The notes under the pieces: generated by a model
The model's database searches: none
What the model saw: only the letters and a program-made list of their open reading frames with translations
What the model was told of the DNA's origin: nothing
Made by a program: the position numbers and the translations under genes
Shown: in pieces, positions 37,461 through 46,860 of the stretch
How positions within the stretch are numbered: position 1 is the stretch's first letter
How the letters are laid out: each line of letters opens with the position of its first letter
Source: Minisyncoccota bacterium
GTDB taxonomy: Bacteria > Patescibacteriota > Minisyncoccia > Phycocordibacterales > UBA9973
Assembly: GCA_041665885.1 (NCBI GenBank)
Contig: JBAYHY010000001.1
Coordinates: 5,715-69,714 of the forward strand
Reading direction: 5' to 3'
Length of the DNA: 64,000 bases

Positions 37461-37509
37461 AATTTCACACACACAAATATCTTACTCCTCTATTCTATTC
37501 AGCTTTTCA

Positions 37510-37555
37510 AAAAGCCGATGTCCACTATGTTCTAACTTGGTTAGACGATAGGGCC
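37510..37555 (-). repeat. 5'-half copy of tRNA-Glu with an altered D-loop
   Basis: Matches the tRNA at both ends (AAAAGCCGATGTCC / GTTAGACGATAGGGCC) with a longer intervening segment. Confidence 0.8.
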
Positions 37556-37633
37556 AATACAAAAAATATAACATTTTTAAACTTAAATGCAAAACTTAAA
37601 AAAATATAAAATCTAGTGTATAATCATGAGCAC

Positions 37634-38389
37634 ATGAACAAAAAAGATACAATAAAAATAATCATCCTGGCAGCAGGCAAGGGTACGAGGATGAAAAGCG
37701 AATTACCAAAAGCTCTAGTAAGAGTCAAAGGCAAGGCAATGATTAGACACCTACTTGATTCTATTGATAAATCCAAAATAAATAGTAAGCCGGTGATCGT
37801 TGTTGGTTTCGAAAAAGAAAAAATAATGGCCGAGCTCGGTCCGAATTATGATTATGCTGTGCAAAAAGAGCTACTGGGAACGGGGCACGCTGTCCAAAGC
37901 GCAGAAGAATTACTCCGGGACAATTCAGCTCATGTGCTCGTCTTGTATAGCGATAGTCCATTTGTAAGCCCGGAAACCATTGATCGTTTGATGGATAAAC
38001 ACCTCGCATCAAATAAAAAAATAACAATGGCCACAATCAAACTTGAGAATTTTGACGACTGGAGAGCCTTTTTTTACAAAAGTTTCTCTCGGATTATCAG
38101 AAACGAAAATAACGAAATCGTGCGCGATGTCCAATTCCGAGACACCAATATGGAAGAAAAGACGATTACGGAAGTTAACCCATGCTACTTTATCTTTGAG
38201 TCCGGATGGCTTTGGAAAAAATTAAAAACCCTAAAAACAGACAACGACCAAAATCAATATTACCTTACCGATTTAATCAAAATAGCCATGGAAGAAGGAG
38301 AAAAAATAGAATCCGTAAACATTGATCCCTTGGAAGGTCTTTCCGTGAACTCAAAAGAAGAGCTTGAACTACTGGAAAAATTAAAATAG
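37634..38389 (+). CDS. GlmU-like uridyltransferase domain only
   Basis: LAAGKGTRMKSELPK, LGTGHAV, YYLTDL; no hexapeptide domain. Confidence 0.88.
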   Translation: MNKKDTIKIIILAAGKGTRMKSELPKALVRVKGKAMIRHLLDSIDKSKINSKPVIVVGFEKEKIMAELGPNYDYAVQKELLGTGHAVQSAEELLRDNSAHVLVLYSDSPFVSPETIDRLMDKHLASNKKITMATIKLENFDDWRAFFYKSFSRIIRNENNEIVRDVQFRDTNMEEKTITEVNPCYFIFESGWLWKKLKTLKTDNDQNQYYLTDLIKIAMEEGEKIESVNIDPLEGLSVNSKEELELLEKLK

Positions 38390-38432
38390 AAAATTACTTG
38401 ACAAAGAAAATGAACAGGTATATCATTCAAAC

Positions 38433-38705
38433 ATGCGCTTGAATGATTTAGCCAAACTTATGCGAATAGCAGGAGATAAAAGCAGGCTCAACATCCTGTG
38501 CGTTCTTTTCAGCAATAAAAAGGTCTGTGTATCTGATATTGCGAAAGACCTAGACATGAGCGTCGCCACCGCCTCGCACCACCTGCGCGTTATGTCCAAG
38601 GAAAAACTAGTCATTCCTGTCAGAGAAGGCAAAAGAGTGTGTTATGCCCTACCCCAGAAACCCTTTGCCCAAGATTTAAAAAAATTCGTTTGTAAATATA
38701 AATAG
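38433..38705 (+). CDS. ArsR/SmtB family regulator
   Basis: RLNIL, CVSDIA, SHHLR. Confidence 0.9.
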   Translation: MRLNDLAKLMRIAGDKSRLNILCVLFSNKKVCVSDIAKDLDMSVATASHHLRVMSKEKLVIPVREGKRVCYALPQKPFAQDLKKFVCKYK

Positions 38706-38745
38706 CGTCGAAATATTAGCAGTTAACATTAATTAAAATAAATAT

Positions 38746-38985
38746 ATGGAGAATAAAAAAGTTATAATATATTCAACCACCACTTGCCCATATTGTGTAA
38801 TGGCAAAGGATTACTTTAAGAAAAAGGGCGTGGCCTACGAAGACAAAAATGTCGGCGTGGATAGAGCGGCCGGACAAGAAATGGTAACAAAAAGCGGACA
38901 AATGGGTGTCCCCGTTATCGACATAAATGGTGAAATTATAGTTGGGTTTCAACCAGAAGTATTCGAGGAATTATTAAATAAATAA
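38746..38985 (+). CDS. Glutaredoxin/NrdH-like protein
   Basis: CPYC, SGQMGVPV. Confidence 0.92.
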   Translation: MENKKVIIYSTTTCPYCVMAKDYFKKKGVAYEDKNVGVDRAAGQEMVTKSGQMGVPVIDINGEIIVGFQPEVFEELLNK

Positions 38986-38993
38986 AAATAAAT

Positions 38994-40214
38994 ATGCAAA
39001 ATCCTTTTCAAAATGCAATGGCGCAGTTAGACAAGGTCGCAAAGATTAAAGACTTTGGCAATGAATATATCTCCCGTTTTAGGCAACCAAATCGTGACAT
39101 TAGAATATCTATCCCAGTAAAAATGGACGATGGTTCGTTGAAGATATTCGAGGGATATCGAGTGGAATACAATGATGCCCTGGGCCCCTACAAAGGAGGA
39201 ATCCGCTATCATCACGACACCGAAATAAATGAGGTGAAGGCACTCGCTTTCTGGATGACAATAAAATGCGCCGTCGCAGGAATCCCTATGGGTGGAGGCA
39301 AGGGAGGAATCACCGTCGACCCAAAAGAATTATCTAAAGGTGAACTGGAGAGGCTTTCTCGCGGCTGGGTGCAAGGACTTTCTGATATATTGGGCCCCCA
39401 CAAAGACGTTCCTGCTCCGGATGTAAACACCACCCCAGAGATAATGGCTTGGATGTCTGACGAATTTGAAAAAATTACCGGAGACAAGACTAGAGCAACC
39501 TTCACGGGCAAGCCAATAGAAAATGGCGGTTCGGAGGGACGTGGCGCAGCTACGGGGCTCGGAGGATTTTATGTTTTTGATTCATTGCGTGAACAAATCG
39601 GGCTACCGGTAAAATGTAAGGTCGCGATTCAGGGTTTTGGAAATGTCGGCAGCAATGCCGCCCGCATCTTTACGGAAAACGGGCATACTGTTATCGCTGT
39701 TTCTGATTCAAAGAGCGCAATCGTGAAAGAAGATGGGCTTAATTTAGAAGAAGTTGAGGCACACAAAAAAACTACCGGTAGTTTGAAAGACTTTCCGGGA
39801 GCAAAAAATATTACAAACGCTGAGTTGCTTGAGCTCTCCTGCGACCTCTTGGTACCGGCTGCATTTGAAAACGTAATAACTAGTGAAAATGCCGATAAAA
39901 TCAAGGCTACGGCGATTATGGAGCTCGCCAATGGCCCGATAAACCCTGAGGCAGACGAGGTTTTGTTCAAGAAAAACATCGCCGTCATCCCAGACGTTTT
40001 AGCTAATTCGGGCGGAGTCACTGTTTCCTATTTCGAGTGGGATCAAAATCTTAAAAATGAATCCTGGACGGAAAAAGAAGTAAACGAAAAACTATTGCCA
40101 ATGATGGACGCCGCTGCCCAAAAAATATTCGACAAGGCAAAAGAAAACAATACACATTTGCGTATGGGTGCTTTCATCCTAGCCCTTGAAAGAATTAAGG
40201 AAAAAATGCTATAA
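38994..40214 (+). CDS. gdhA: Glu/Leu/Phe/Val dehydrogenase (glutamate dehydrogenase)
   Basis: GPYKGGIR, GGGKGG, DVPAPD, GFGNVG, NSGGV. Confidence 0.92.
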   Translation: MQNPFQNAMAQLDKVAKIKDFGNEYISRFRQPNRDIRISIPVKMDDGSLKIFEGYRVEYNDALGPYKGGIRYHHDTEINEVKALAFWMTIKCAVAGIPMGGGKGGITVDPKELSKGELERLSRGWVQGLSDILGPHKDVPAPDVNTTPEIMAWMSDEFEKITGDKTRATFTGKPIENGGSEGRGAATGLGGFYVFDSLREQIGLPVKCKVAIQGFGNVGSNAARIFTENGHTVIAVSDSKSAIVKEDGLNLEEVEAHKKTTGSLKDFPGAKNITNAELLELSCDLLVPAAFENVITSENADKIKATAIMELANGPINPEADEVLFKKNIAVIPDVLANSGGVTVSYFEWDQNLKNESWTEKEVNEKLLPMMDAAAQKIFDKAKENNTHLRMGAFILALERIKEKML

Positions 40215-40224
40215 ATATATAGCG

Positions 40225-40366
40225 GCGCGGTTAGCTCAGTTGTAGCGACGCCTGAAATACGCTGTAATTTTCATTTTATGATAAGATGAAAATTTGCGCG
40301 GTTAGCTCAATTGTAGCGACGCCTGAAATACGCTGTAATTTTCATTTTATGATAAGATGAAAATTT
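40225..40366 (+). repeat. Two tandem 71-bp units, each starting with the 5' 18 nt of tRNA-Val
   Basis: Units start at 40225 and 40296 (one mismatch); the tRNA starts 71 bp later. Confidence 0.9.
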
Positions 40367-40439
40367 GCGCGGTTAGCTCAGTTGGTAGAGCGACCCCTTG
40401 ACGTGGGGTAGGCCACAGGTTCGAATCCTGTATCGCGCA
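40367..40439 (+). tRNA. tRNA-Val(GAC)
   Basis: ACCCC-TT GAC GT-GGGGT; GGTTCGAATCC. Confidence 0.96.
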
Positions 40440-40465
40440 CCCACAAGATAAGGTAGAATTTATTT

Positions 40466-41620
40466 ATGAAAATTTTAAGCATAGAAACATCTTGCGATGA
40501 CACGGGAATAAGCATAATAGAAGCAAAAGGAGGCATTGAAGATGCTTCTTTTAAAGTTTTGGCAAATAATGTATCTTCACAAATTGACATTCACATCCCC
40601 TACGGAGGGGTATTTCCGGCGCTTGCCAAAAGAGAACATATAAAAAACTTACCTATTATTTTAGAAAAAACTCTTAAGGAGGCAAAACTAAATAAAAAAA
40701 CAAAACCTGTCGATCTTATCACGGTGACTTATGGTCCGGGTCTAGAGCCGACCCTCTGGACCGGGATAACTTTTGCGAAAGAACTTGCACAAAAATGGAA
40801 TGTGCCGGTAATGCCTGTGAATCATATGGAGGGACACATATTTTCTGTCTTTGTAAATAATAAAAAAACTTTCAAAATTCCAAAAATAAAATATCCGGTT
40901 CTTTCCTTGCTCGTATCTGGGGGCCATACGGAACTTGTCCTAACAAAAAAATGGATGAATTATGAAATCATCGGGCAAACCCTAGACGATGCTGTTGGTG
41001 AAGCTTTTGACAAGGCTGCAAGGATGCTCGGCCTCCCCTATCCGGGCGGACCACAAATTTCCATGCTGGCAGAATTGCTAAGAAAAAAAGGAAAACAATC
41101 TTTAGGGGGTGTCTCGCAGGCTGGCGAGCCGAGAGGCAGCGCTCCGCGAGCACGCGGAGACAGCGACCCCAAAAAGATTGATTTTTCTTTTTCTCTCCCC
41201 CGCCCGATGCTGCACAGCAAAAATTTTGATTTTTCTTTTTCCGGACTCAAAACAGCAGTTCTATATTTAGTGAGAGACCTTGGCTCTGTGGAAAAACTAA
41301 GCAAAAAGACAAAAGCGAAAATAGCCCTTGAGTTCGAGAATGCTGCGATAGAATCCCTGGTCCACAAGACAACCAAGGCGATTGAGAAATACAAAATCAA
41401 AACCCTTATCGTCGCAGGCGGAGTTTCGGCAAACAAATATTTAAGAGATGAGATGCAAAAAATTACCGACAAAAATGTAAAACTTTTATTACCTCAAAAA
41501 GAGCTCACCGGAGATAACTCCTTAATGATAGGTGTCGCTGGATATTTAAATTATATAAAAAACAAAAAAAGGGTTCCTCCGGCAAATAACATAAAAGCGA
41601 CTGGTAATTTAAGGCTATAA
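40466..41620 (+). CDS. tsaD: t6A threonylcarbamoyltransferase
   Basis: IETSCDDT, HMEGH, SGGHT, FSFSGLKT, GGVSAN. Confidence 0.97.
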   Translation: MKILSIETSCDDTGISIIEAKGGIEDASFKVLANNVSSQIDIHIPYGGVFPALAKREHIKNLPIILEKTLKEAKLNKKTKPVDLITVTYGPGLEPTLWTGITFAKELAQKWNVPVMPVNHMEGHIFSVFVNNKKTFKIPKIKYPVLSLLVSGGHTELVLTKKWMNYEIIGQTLDDAVGEAFDKAARMLGLPYPGGPQISMLAELLRKKGKQSLGGVSQAGEPRGSAPRARGDSDPKKIDFSFSLPRPMLHSKNFDFSFSGLKTAVLYLVRDLGSVEKLSKKTKAKIALEFENAAIESLVHKTTKAIEKYKIKTLIVAGGVSANKYLRDEMQKITDKNVKLLLPQKELTGDNSLMIGVAGYLNYIKNKKRVPPANNIKATGNLRL

Positions 41621-41637
41621 TGTGATAATATTGAAAG

Positions 41638-43779
41638 ATGAATGAGAAGCTGCTTAAACCCTATGACCCAAAAACAACCGAAGAAAGAATCTATAAGCTT
41701 TGGGAGGAAAGTGGTTTTTTTAACCCAGACACATGCATAGAAAATGGAATAACCAAAACGGACGCCGAACCTTTCTCGATAATAATGCCACCGCCAAATG
41801 CTAATGGCAGATTACATGCAGGTCACGCCCTGTTCGTAACTCTTGAAGATATTATTACCCGATACCACCGCATGAAAGGTGATCGCACGCTTTGGGTTCC
41901 CGGAGCGGATCACGCAGGCTTTGAAACTCAAATAGTTTACGAACGTAAACTGGAGAATGAAGGAAGATCTCGATTCGACATGAAACCTGAGGATCTGTAT
42001 AAAGAGATTTATGATTTTACCATTGCCAATAAAAAATTCATGGAAGATGACGTTCGCAGACTCGGGGCCTCCTGCGACTGGTCCAGAGAGAAATTTACTC
42101 TAGATCCGGAGATTGTTAAAACGGTTCAAATTACTTTTGATAAAATGTTCAAAGACGGACTGGTTTACCGTGGAGATCGGATCGTCAACTGGTGCGCTAA
42201 ACATCAAACTTCCCTCTCTGAAGTTGAAACAGAATTCAAAGAACGAATAGAACCATTTTATTATCTCCAATACGGTCCATTCGTCATAGGGACGACCAGG
42301 CCCGAAACAAAATTTGGAGATAAATATGTCGTCATGCACCCAAAGGATGAAAGATACAGTGAGTATAAAGACGGACAAAAAATATCCCTGGAATGGATTA
42401 ATGGTCCTATCACGGCCGCCATCATTAAGGATGAAAGTATTGATATGGAATTCGGCACAGGGGTGATGACGATTACTCCCTGGCACGACCAGATTGACTT
42501 CGACATCGCAGAAAGACACCATCTGGAAAAAGAACAAATTATAGACTGGAAAGGAAAGCTCCTCCCGGTGGCGGGAGAATTTGAGGGTCTCCACATTTCC
42601 AAGGCACGCCCTAAAATTATAGAAAAACTAAAAGAAAAAGGGCTTCTGGTAAAAATCGATGAATCCTACAAGCACAATGTGAAAGTGTGTTTTAAGTGCA
42701 ATACTATCATAGAGCCACAAATTAAGGACCAATGGTTCGTCAAAATGCGCCCACTCGCGGATAGGGCGCTCGAAGCAGTGGCCAGCGGAAAAATAAAGTT
42801 TTATCCGGAAAACTATAAAAAGATATTCCAGTATTGGATGAACAACACAATTGACTGGAACATCTCAAGACAAATCGTCTGGGGTATTCCCATTCCAGCA
42901 AAAATATGTACGACCTGCAAGAAGGGATATTCTGACTTGAAGGATGAAGTAAAGAAATGTACTTGCGGAGGAGAGCTCCGAAAAGACACAGACACCTTTG
43001 ATACCTGGTTTTCATCAGGACAATGGACTCTTTTAGCTTTAGGGTATCCGGAAACGAAAGATTTAAATATTTATCATCCGACCAACGTCATGGAAACGGG
43101 GCGGGATTTGATTTTCAAATGGATTCCGAGAATGGTTATCTTTGCCTTATATCTTCGCGAAGAGATTGCTTTTAAAAATGTCTATCTTCATGGTCTAGTC
43201 AACGATGAGAAGGGCGAGAAAATGAGTAAATCCAAGGGTAATGTAGTCAATCCAATCGAGCTTATAGATGTCTTTGGCGCCGACGCCCTACGCATGGCAC
43301 TCGTCGTAGGAAACACCCCGGGCACCGATTTATCCCTCTCTCGAGATAGAATTAAAGGATATAAAAATTTTACAAACAAAATTTGGAATGCTACTCGTTT
43401 CGTATTACAAAATACTGAGGGTTTTGAGGTTAAAGATAACCCTGATTATGACGAGGAAGATAAAAAATCAAACGAGGAATTGCAAAAACTAATCAACGAA
43501 ATTACTAAAGAAATGGATGAATACAAATTTTATATTGTATCGGAAAAACTTTATCATTATTTCTGGCATATTTTCGCTGATATCATTATCGAAAGATCGA
43601 AGAAAAAAATATCAGAGAACAATAATGCTGATTCCGCAAAAGCGTTATTGTATACACATCTTGTTACCCTCCTCAAGGTCCTGCATCCTTTTGTTCCATT
43701 CGTCACAGAAGAAATCTGGTCGATATTGCCTGAAAAAAATAAAAAACATTTAATGGTTGAAAAATGGCCCCTGTTATAG
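41638..43779 (+). CDS. valS: Valine--tRNA ligase (compact, no C-terminal coiled coil)
   Basis: PPPNANG.LHAGH, DWNISRQ, DTWFSS, KMSKS. Confidence 0.96.
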   Translation: MNEKLLKPYDPKTTEERIYKLWEESGFFNPDTCIENGITKTDAEPFSIIMPPPNANGRLHAGHALFVTLEDIITRYHRMKGDRTLWVPGADHAGFETQIVYERKLENEGRSRFDMKPEDLYKEIYDFTIANKKFMEDDVRRLGASCDWSREKFTLDPEIVKTVQITFDKMFKDGLVYRGDRIVNWCAKHQTSLSEVETEFKERIEPFYYLQYGPFVIGTTRPETKFGDKYVVMHPKDERYSEYKDGQKISLEWINGPITAAIIKDESIDMEFGTGVMTITPWHDQIDFDIAERHHLEKEQIIDWKGKLLPVAGEFEGLHISKARPKIIEKLKEKGLLVKIDESYKHNVKVCFKCNTIIEPQIKDQWFVKMRPLADRALEAVASGKIKFYPENYKKIFQYWMNNTIDWNISRQIVWGIPIPAKICTTCKKGYSDLKDEVKKCTCGGELRKDTDTFDTWFSSGQWTLLALGYPETKDLNIYHPTNVMETGRDLIFKWIPRMVIFALYLREEIAFKNVYLHGLVNDEKGEKMSKSKGNVVNPIELIDVFGADALRMALVVGNTPGTDLSLSRDRIKGYKNFTNKIWNATRFVLQNTEGFEVKDNPDYDEEDKKSNEELQKLINEITKEMDEYKFYIVSEKLYHYFWHIFADIIIERSKKKISENNNADSAKALLYTHLVTLLKVLHPFVPFVTEEIWSILPEKNKKHLMVEKWPLL

Positions 43780-44483
43780 GTAATCCTCAAATTTTAATTT
43801 TAGCTTTTGCCCTAGGGATTATTCCTTCTCTTTTGTGGTTGTGGTTCTGGTTAAAAGAGCAAGAGGATCCGGAACCAATGGGGCTACTCACTGCCACGTT
43901 TATTATGGGGATGATTGCTGTTATTTTCGTTTTACCTGTCCAAAAATTTATACAAAGCAGTGTAAGTTCTGCCAATGTTGATCTCGTCCTCTGGGCCGGA
44001 ACAGAGGAAATATTCAAGTATCTAGCCGTTTTGGTTGTTCTTTACAAAACAAATTATGCCGACAGGCCCATAGATTGGCCCATTTATCTTATCACCGCTG
44101 CCCTTGGCTTTGCCACCCTTGAAAATGCCCTATTTTTAATCAAACCCCTTTCTACCTTAAATGAAACCACTAGTCTGCTTACCGTAGCCTCACTCGGGCA
44201 ACTCCGTTTTTTGGGCTCCACCCTACTGCACACCATCTCAAGCGGAACAGTCGGCATCGCAATAGGAATTTCTTTTTACTTGGAGGGGTGGAAGAAAAAA
44301 TGGTATCTTTTTGCCGGCTTTGGCGTGGCTATCGCCTTGCATACTGTCTTTAATTTTTTTATAATAAGAAATAATGGCAATGATTTTTTGAAGGTGTTTG
44401 CCTTTCTGTGGGTAATCACAATTATCATTATGTTGCTTTTTGAAAAAGTAAGAAGGATGAATGAACAATTATTAATTAACTAA
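43764..44483 (+). CDS. PrsW family intramembrane metalloprotease
   Basis: EEIFK, GFATLEN, LH...H motifs. Confidence 0.88.
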   Translation: MAPVIGNPQILILAFALGIIPSLLWLWFWLKEQEDPEPMGLLTATFIMGMIAVIFVLPVQKFIQSSVSSANVDLVLWAGTEEIFKYLAVLVVLYKTNYADRPIDWPIYLITAALGFATLENALFLIKPLSTLNETTSLLTVASLGQLRFLGSTLLHTISSGTVGIAIGISFYLEGWKKKWYLFAGFGVAIALHTVFNFFIIRNNGNDFLKVFAFLWVITIIIMLLFEKVRRMNEQLLIN

Positions 44484-44490
44484 TTAAATT

Positions 44491-44979
44491 ATGGGAAATA
44501 AAAAAAGAAGTTTTTTTGAAAGATTAACGGGAAGCGTCGACGCCGAAGAAGAACAAATCGATCCAAAGAGGGACTATTTACTAAAAGGAATCCGGGGCGA
44601 GAAGGATGATAAAAAACCCGGCAGTGAATGGGAAGAGGAAGAAAACGAGGAAGCAGAACTATCAATTGACGTTTTTCAAACTCCAACAGATATTATTATT
44701 CAGACAATGGTCGCAGGAGTAAAGCCAGATGATCTAGAGCTATCTGTCGCCCGTGACACCGTCACCATTCGTGGTAAAAGAGAAGAATCCAGAACCATTG
44801 ACGAAGATAATTATTTTGTAAAAGAACTTTATTGGGGTAAATTTTCCCGCACATTGTCGCTACCGGCAGAGGTGGAGCCAGAAGAAGTGGAAGCGACAGA
44901 AAGACATGGCCTACTCACCATAAAGATTAGAAAGGTAGATAAAGAAAAGAAAAGCACAGTAAAAATAAAATCTATCTAG
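44491..44979 (+). CDS. Hsp20/alpha-crystallin small heat shock protein
   Basis: WGKFSRTLSLP, GLLTI. Confidence 0.93.
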   Translation: MGNKKRSFFERLTGSVDAEEEQIDPKRDYLLKGIRGEKDDKKPGSEWEEEENEEAELSIDVFQTPTDIIIQTMVAGVKPDDLELSVARDTVTIRGKREESRTIDEDNYFVKELYWGKFSRTLSLPAEVEPEEVEATERHGLLTIKIRKVDKEKKSTVKIKSI

Positions 44980-44991
44980 TATAAAAATAAA

Positions 44992-45018
44992 AAATACCTC
45001 ACAAGGAGGTATTTTTTT
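44992..45018. terminator. Bidirectional terminator
   Basis: AAATACCTC-ACAAG-GAGGTATTT with A/T tracts on both sides. Confidence 0.75.
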
Positions 45019-45019
45019 G

Positions 45020-45091
45020 TGCCTGGGGGGTGAATCGCACACCCGACCTGTCCCTCTTCAGGGGAACGCTCTACTACTGAGCTACCCAGGC
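45020..45091 (-). tRNA. tRNA-Phe(GAA)
   Basis: CT GAA GA anticodon loop; T loop reads TGCGATT. Confidence 0.9.
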
Positions 45092-45094
45092 AAT

Positions 45095-45352
45095 CTAATT
45101 TTTAAAATTTTGGAACAAAGAACCTGCGTTGTCTAAATTTACTTTAACCTCGTTATATACCTTCATCGCTTGGTCCATATATGGCTGAATAAAGTAAAAA
45201 GCCCCAACAGAAATGCCCAAAATCAGTATCCAATATATCACACTCATAACTTTAGACCAAAGCATGGAGCGCCTTAAGGAATGCAACATCCTATTGTTTT
45301 CCTCCTCAAGAGCATAGGTGTCTTCAAGTAACTTTTTGGATTCAGGATCCAT
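45095..45352 (-). CDS. Hypothetical single-TM protein
   Basis: 85-aa ORF with one TM; -10 box 6 nt before the ATG. Confidence 0.7.
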   Translation of the reverse strand: MDPESKKLLEDTYALEEENNRMLHSLRRSMLWSKVMSVIYWILILGISVGAFYFIQPYMDQAMKVYNEVKVNLDNAGSLFQNFKN

Positions 45353-45425
45353 GGATATAATTTAACATATTTTCTAAAAAATACCAATTCCAAATAAGCT
45401 TTTTATGTGTTAGATTATAGACATA

Positions 45426-45497
45426 GCCCTCATAGTTCAATGGATAGAACAGTTCCGTCCTAAGGAATAGATCCCCGTTCGATTCGGAGTGAGGGCA
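45426..45497 (+). tRNA. tRNA-Arg(CCT)
   Basis: GTTCC-GT CCT AA-GGAAT; GTTCGATTC. Confidence 0.92.
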
Positions 45498-45501
45498 CAA
45501 A

Positions 45502-45762
45502 CTATTTGTTTTTATATACTAAGGCTAAAATTAATACCGCCCAAGCGCCAATAACACCGAGAGTGAAACTTAAAATTATTGGTTTATCGCTTAGGACAAT
45601 TCCATACACCAGCCAAGTTAGGGTTCCTAAAGAAAAAATAACAAATGTCGGTATGGAAATATTTGTAGATGTTTTGTTTTTCCAAATCTTGTATGCCTGG
45701 GGATAATACCCCAATGACATAATAATCCCCATTATTGTCACAAAAATTTTAAACGCTTCCAT
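45502..45762 (-). CDS. SemiSWEET/PQ-loop transporter
   Basis: YPQAYKIWK, WLVYG; 3 TM. Confidence 0.88.
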   Translation of the reverse strand: MEAFKIFVTIMGIIMSLGYYPQAYKIWKNKTSTNISIPTFVIFSLGTLTWLVYGIVLSDKPIILSFTLGVIGAWAVLILALVYKNK

Positions 45763-45764
45763 GT

Positions 45765-46367
45765 TTATTTTTTATTTCTCGTTACCCACCATTCATTTTT
45801 TTTGTCACTAAACCACCAATCATCCGAATCTATCTTTATAATCTTTTCTCCTAAAATTTTACCCTCCTTCGTCTTTAACCTCTTTATCGCTGACGGTATC
45901 CAAGTCTTCGCCCTTTCATTTCCTATATCAAACTGTTCTTTAAGGGACATTATAAATTCAAGGTTGTCAGCATCCTTCGCGAGTAATGATTCTTTGGTCT
46001 TTCTCGCTTCGTATTCCCTCACGACAGAAGCGATTTTATTTCCAAAAGGAAGTGTCGCGAGAAGATCCGCCAGTGCTTTGTTTTCATCTGACTTAACATA
46101 TTTCTGATGAACGTAATTTAAATCGGAAGTTCTCGCTTCTGCAAAATCATGGAACATGCACATTTGTAGTACCTTTGATACATCCACGTCTCCAGCCATT
46201 TGTGCCAGGGAAAAACCGATATAACTGACACGATTTAGGTGCTCAGCGATGCTTTGATTGCCACTACCTAAAAAGAAAAAACCACTCCTTGGAGTTTTTG
46301 CCAGCATTCCAGACTCAAATAGAAAGTTAACTACTGCATCCACTTCTTTTGTTTGAAGTTTTTTCAT
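45765..46367 (-). CDS. HD-domain phosphohydrolase (YfbR-like)
   Basis: PRSG, SIAEH, FHDFAEAR, KDADNLE. Confidence 0.88.
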   Translation of the reverse strand: MKKLQTKEVDAVVNFLFESGMLAKTPRSGFFFLGSGNQSIAEHLNRVSYIGFSLAQMAGDVDVSKVLQMCMFHDFAEARTSDLNYVHQKYVKSDENKALADLLATLPFGNKIASVVREYEARKTKESLLAKDADNLEFIMSLKEQFDIGNERAKTWIPSAIKRLKTKEGKILGEKIIKIDSDDWWFSDKKNEWWVTRNKK

Positions 46368-46400
46368 GTCAGATATATCAAAACTATTATTCGTAAAAAA

Positions 46401-46634
46401 TTACAAACCCAGCAATTTTTCAATTCTTTGTTTATCAAAACCTACTGTTAGCTCTCCGTCAATGATGATAACTGGCACCCCCATTTGGCCGCTCTTCTCT
46501 ATCATTTCCTTCCTTTTTTCAAGGTCGCTGGCAACGTCATGGTCCGTAAAGACAATGCTATTGGCAGTGAAAAAATCTTTTGCCATATGACAAAAGTGGC
46601 AGGTTGGGGTTGAATAAATTGTTACGTTTTTCAT
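46401..46634 (-). CDS. Glutaredoxin/NrdH-like protein
   Basis: CHFC, SGQMGVPV. Confidence 0.92.
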   Translation of the reverse strand: MKNVTIYSTPTCHFCHMAKDFFTANSIVFTDHDVASDLEKRKEMIEKSGQMGVPVIIIDGELTVGFDKQRIEKLLGL

Positions 46635-46715
46635 AATACTTTTATGATTACTTTTTAATATCTTCATTATAGCATGCTTGTCAAGCAGACAAATAAGCGA
46701 TATATTTCATTATAT

Positions 46716-46743
46716 GCGGTCGTAGTTTAGTGGTAGAATGAGT
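46716..46743 (+). repeat. 5'-fragment copy of a tRNA-Gly
   Basis: GCGGTCGTAGTTTAGTGGTAGAATGAGT versus the tRNA's GCGGGATTAGTTTAGTGGCAGAATGAGT. Confidence 0.75.
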
Positions 46744-46781
46744 ATTTCTAAGTCTGTGAAGGTAGTTTGAAAACAGTGCTT

Positions 46782-46852
46782 GCGGGATTAGTTTAGTGGC
46801 AGAATGAGTCCTTCCCAAGGATTAGGCGGGGTTTCGATTACCCCATCCCGCA
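46782..46852 (+). tRNA. tRNA-Gly(CCC)
   Basis: AGTCC-TT CCC AA-GGATT; GGGGT-TTCGATT-ACCCC. Confidence 0.93.
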
Positions 46853-46860
46853 CAAAATAA

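Noticed and set aside
40225-40384. CRISPR array
   Set aside because: The units are identical tandem copies without unique spacers, the repeat is tRNA-derived, and there are no cas genes.
41638-43779. valS and the glmU-like gene as pseudogenes
   Set aside because: Catalytic motifs and stops are intact; compact forms are consistent with a reduced genome.
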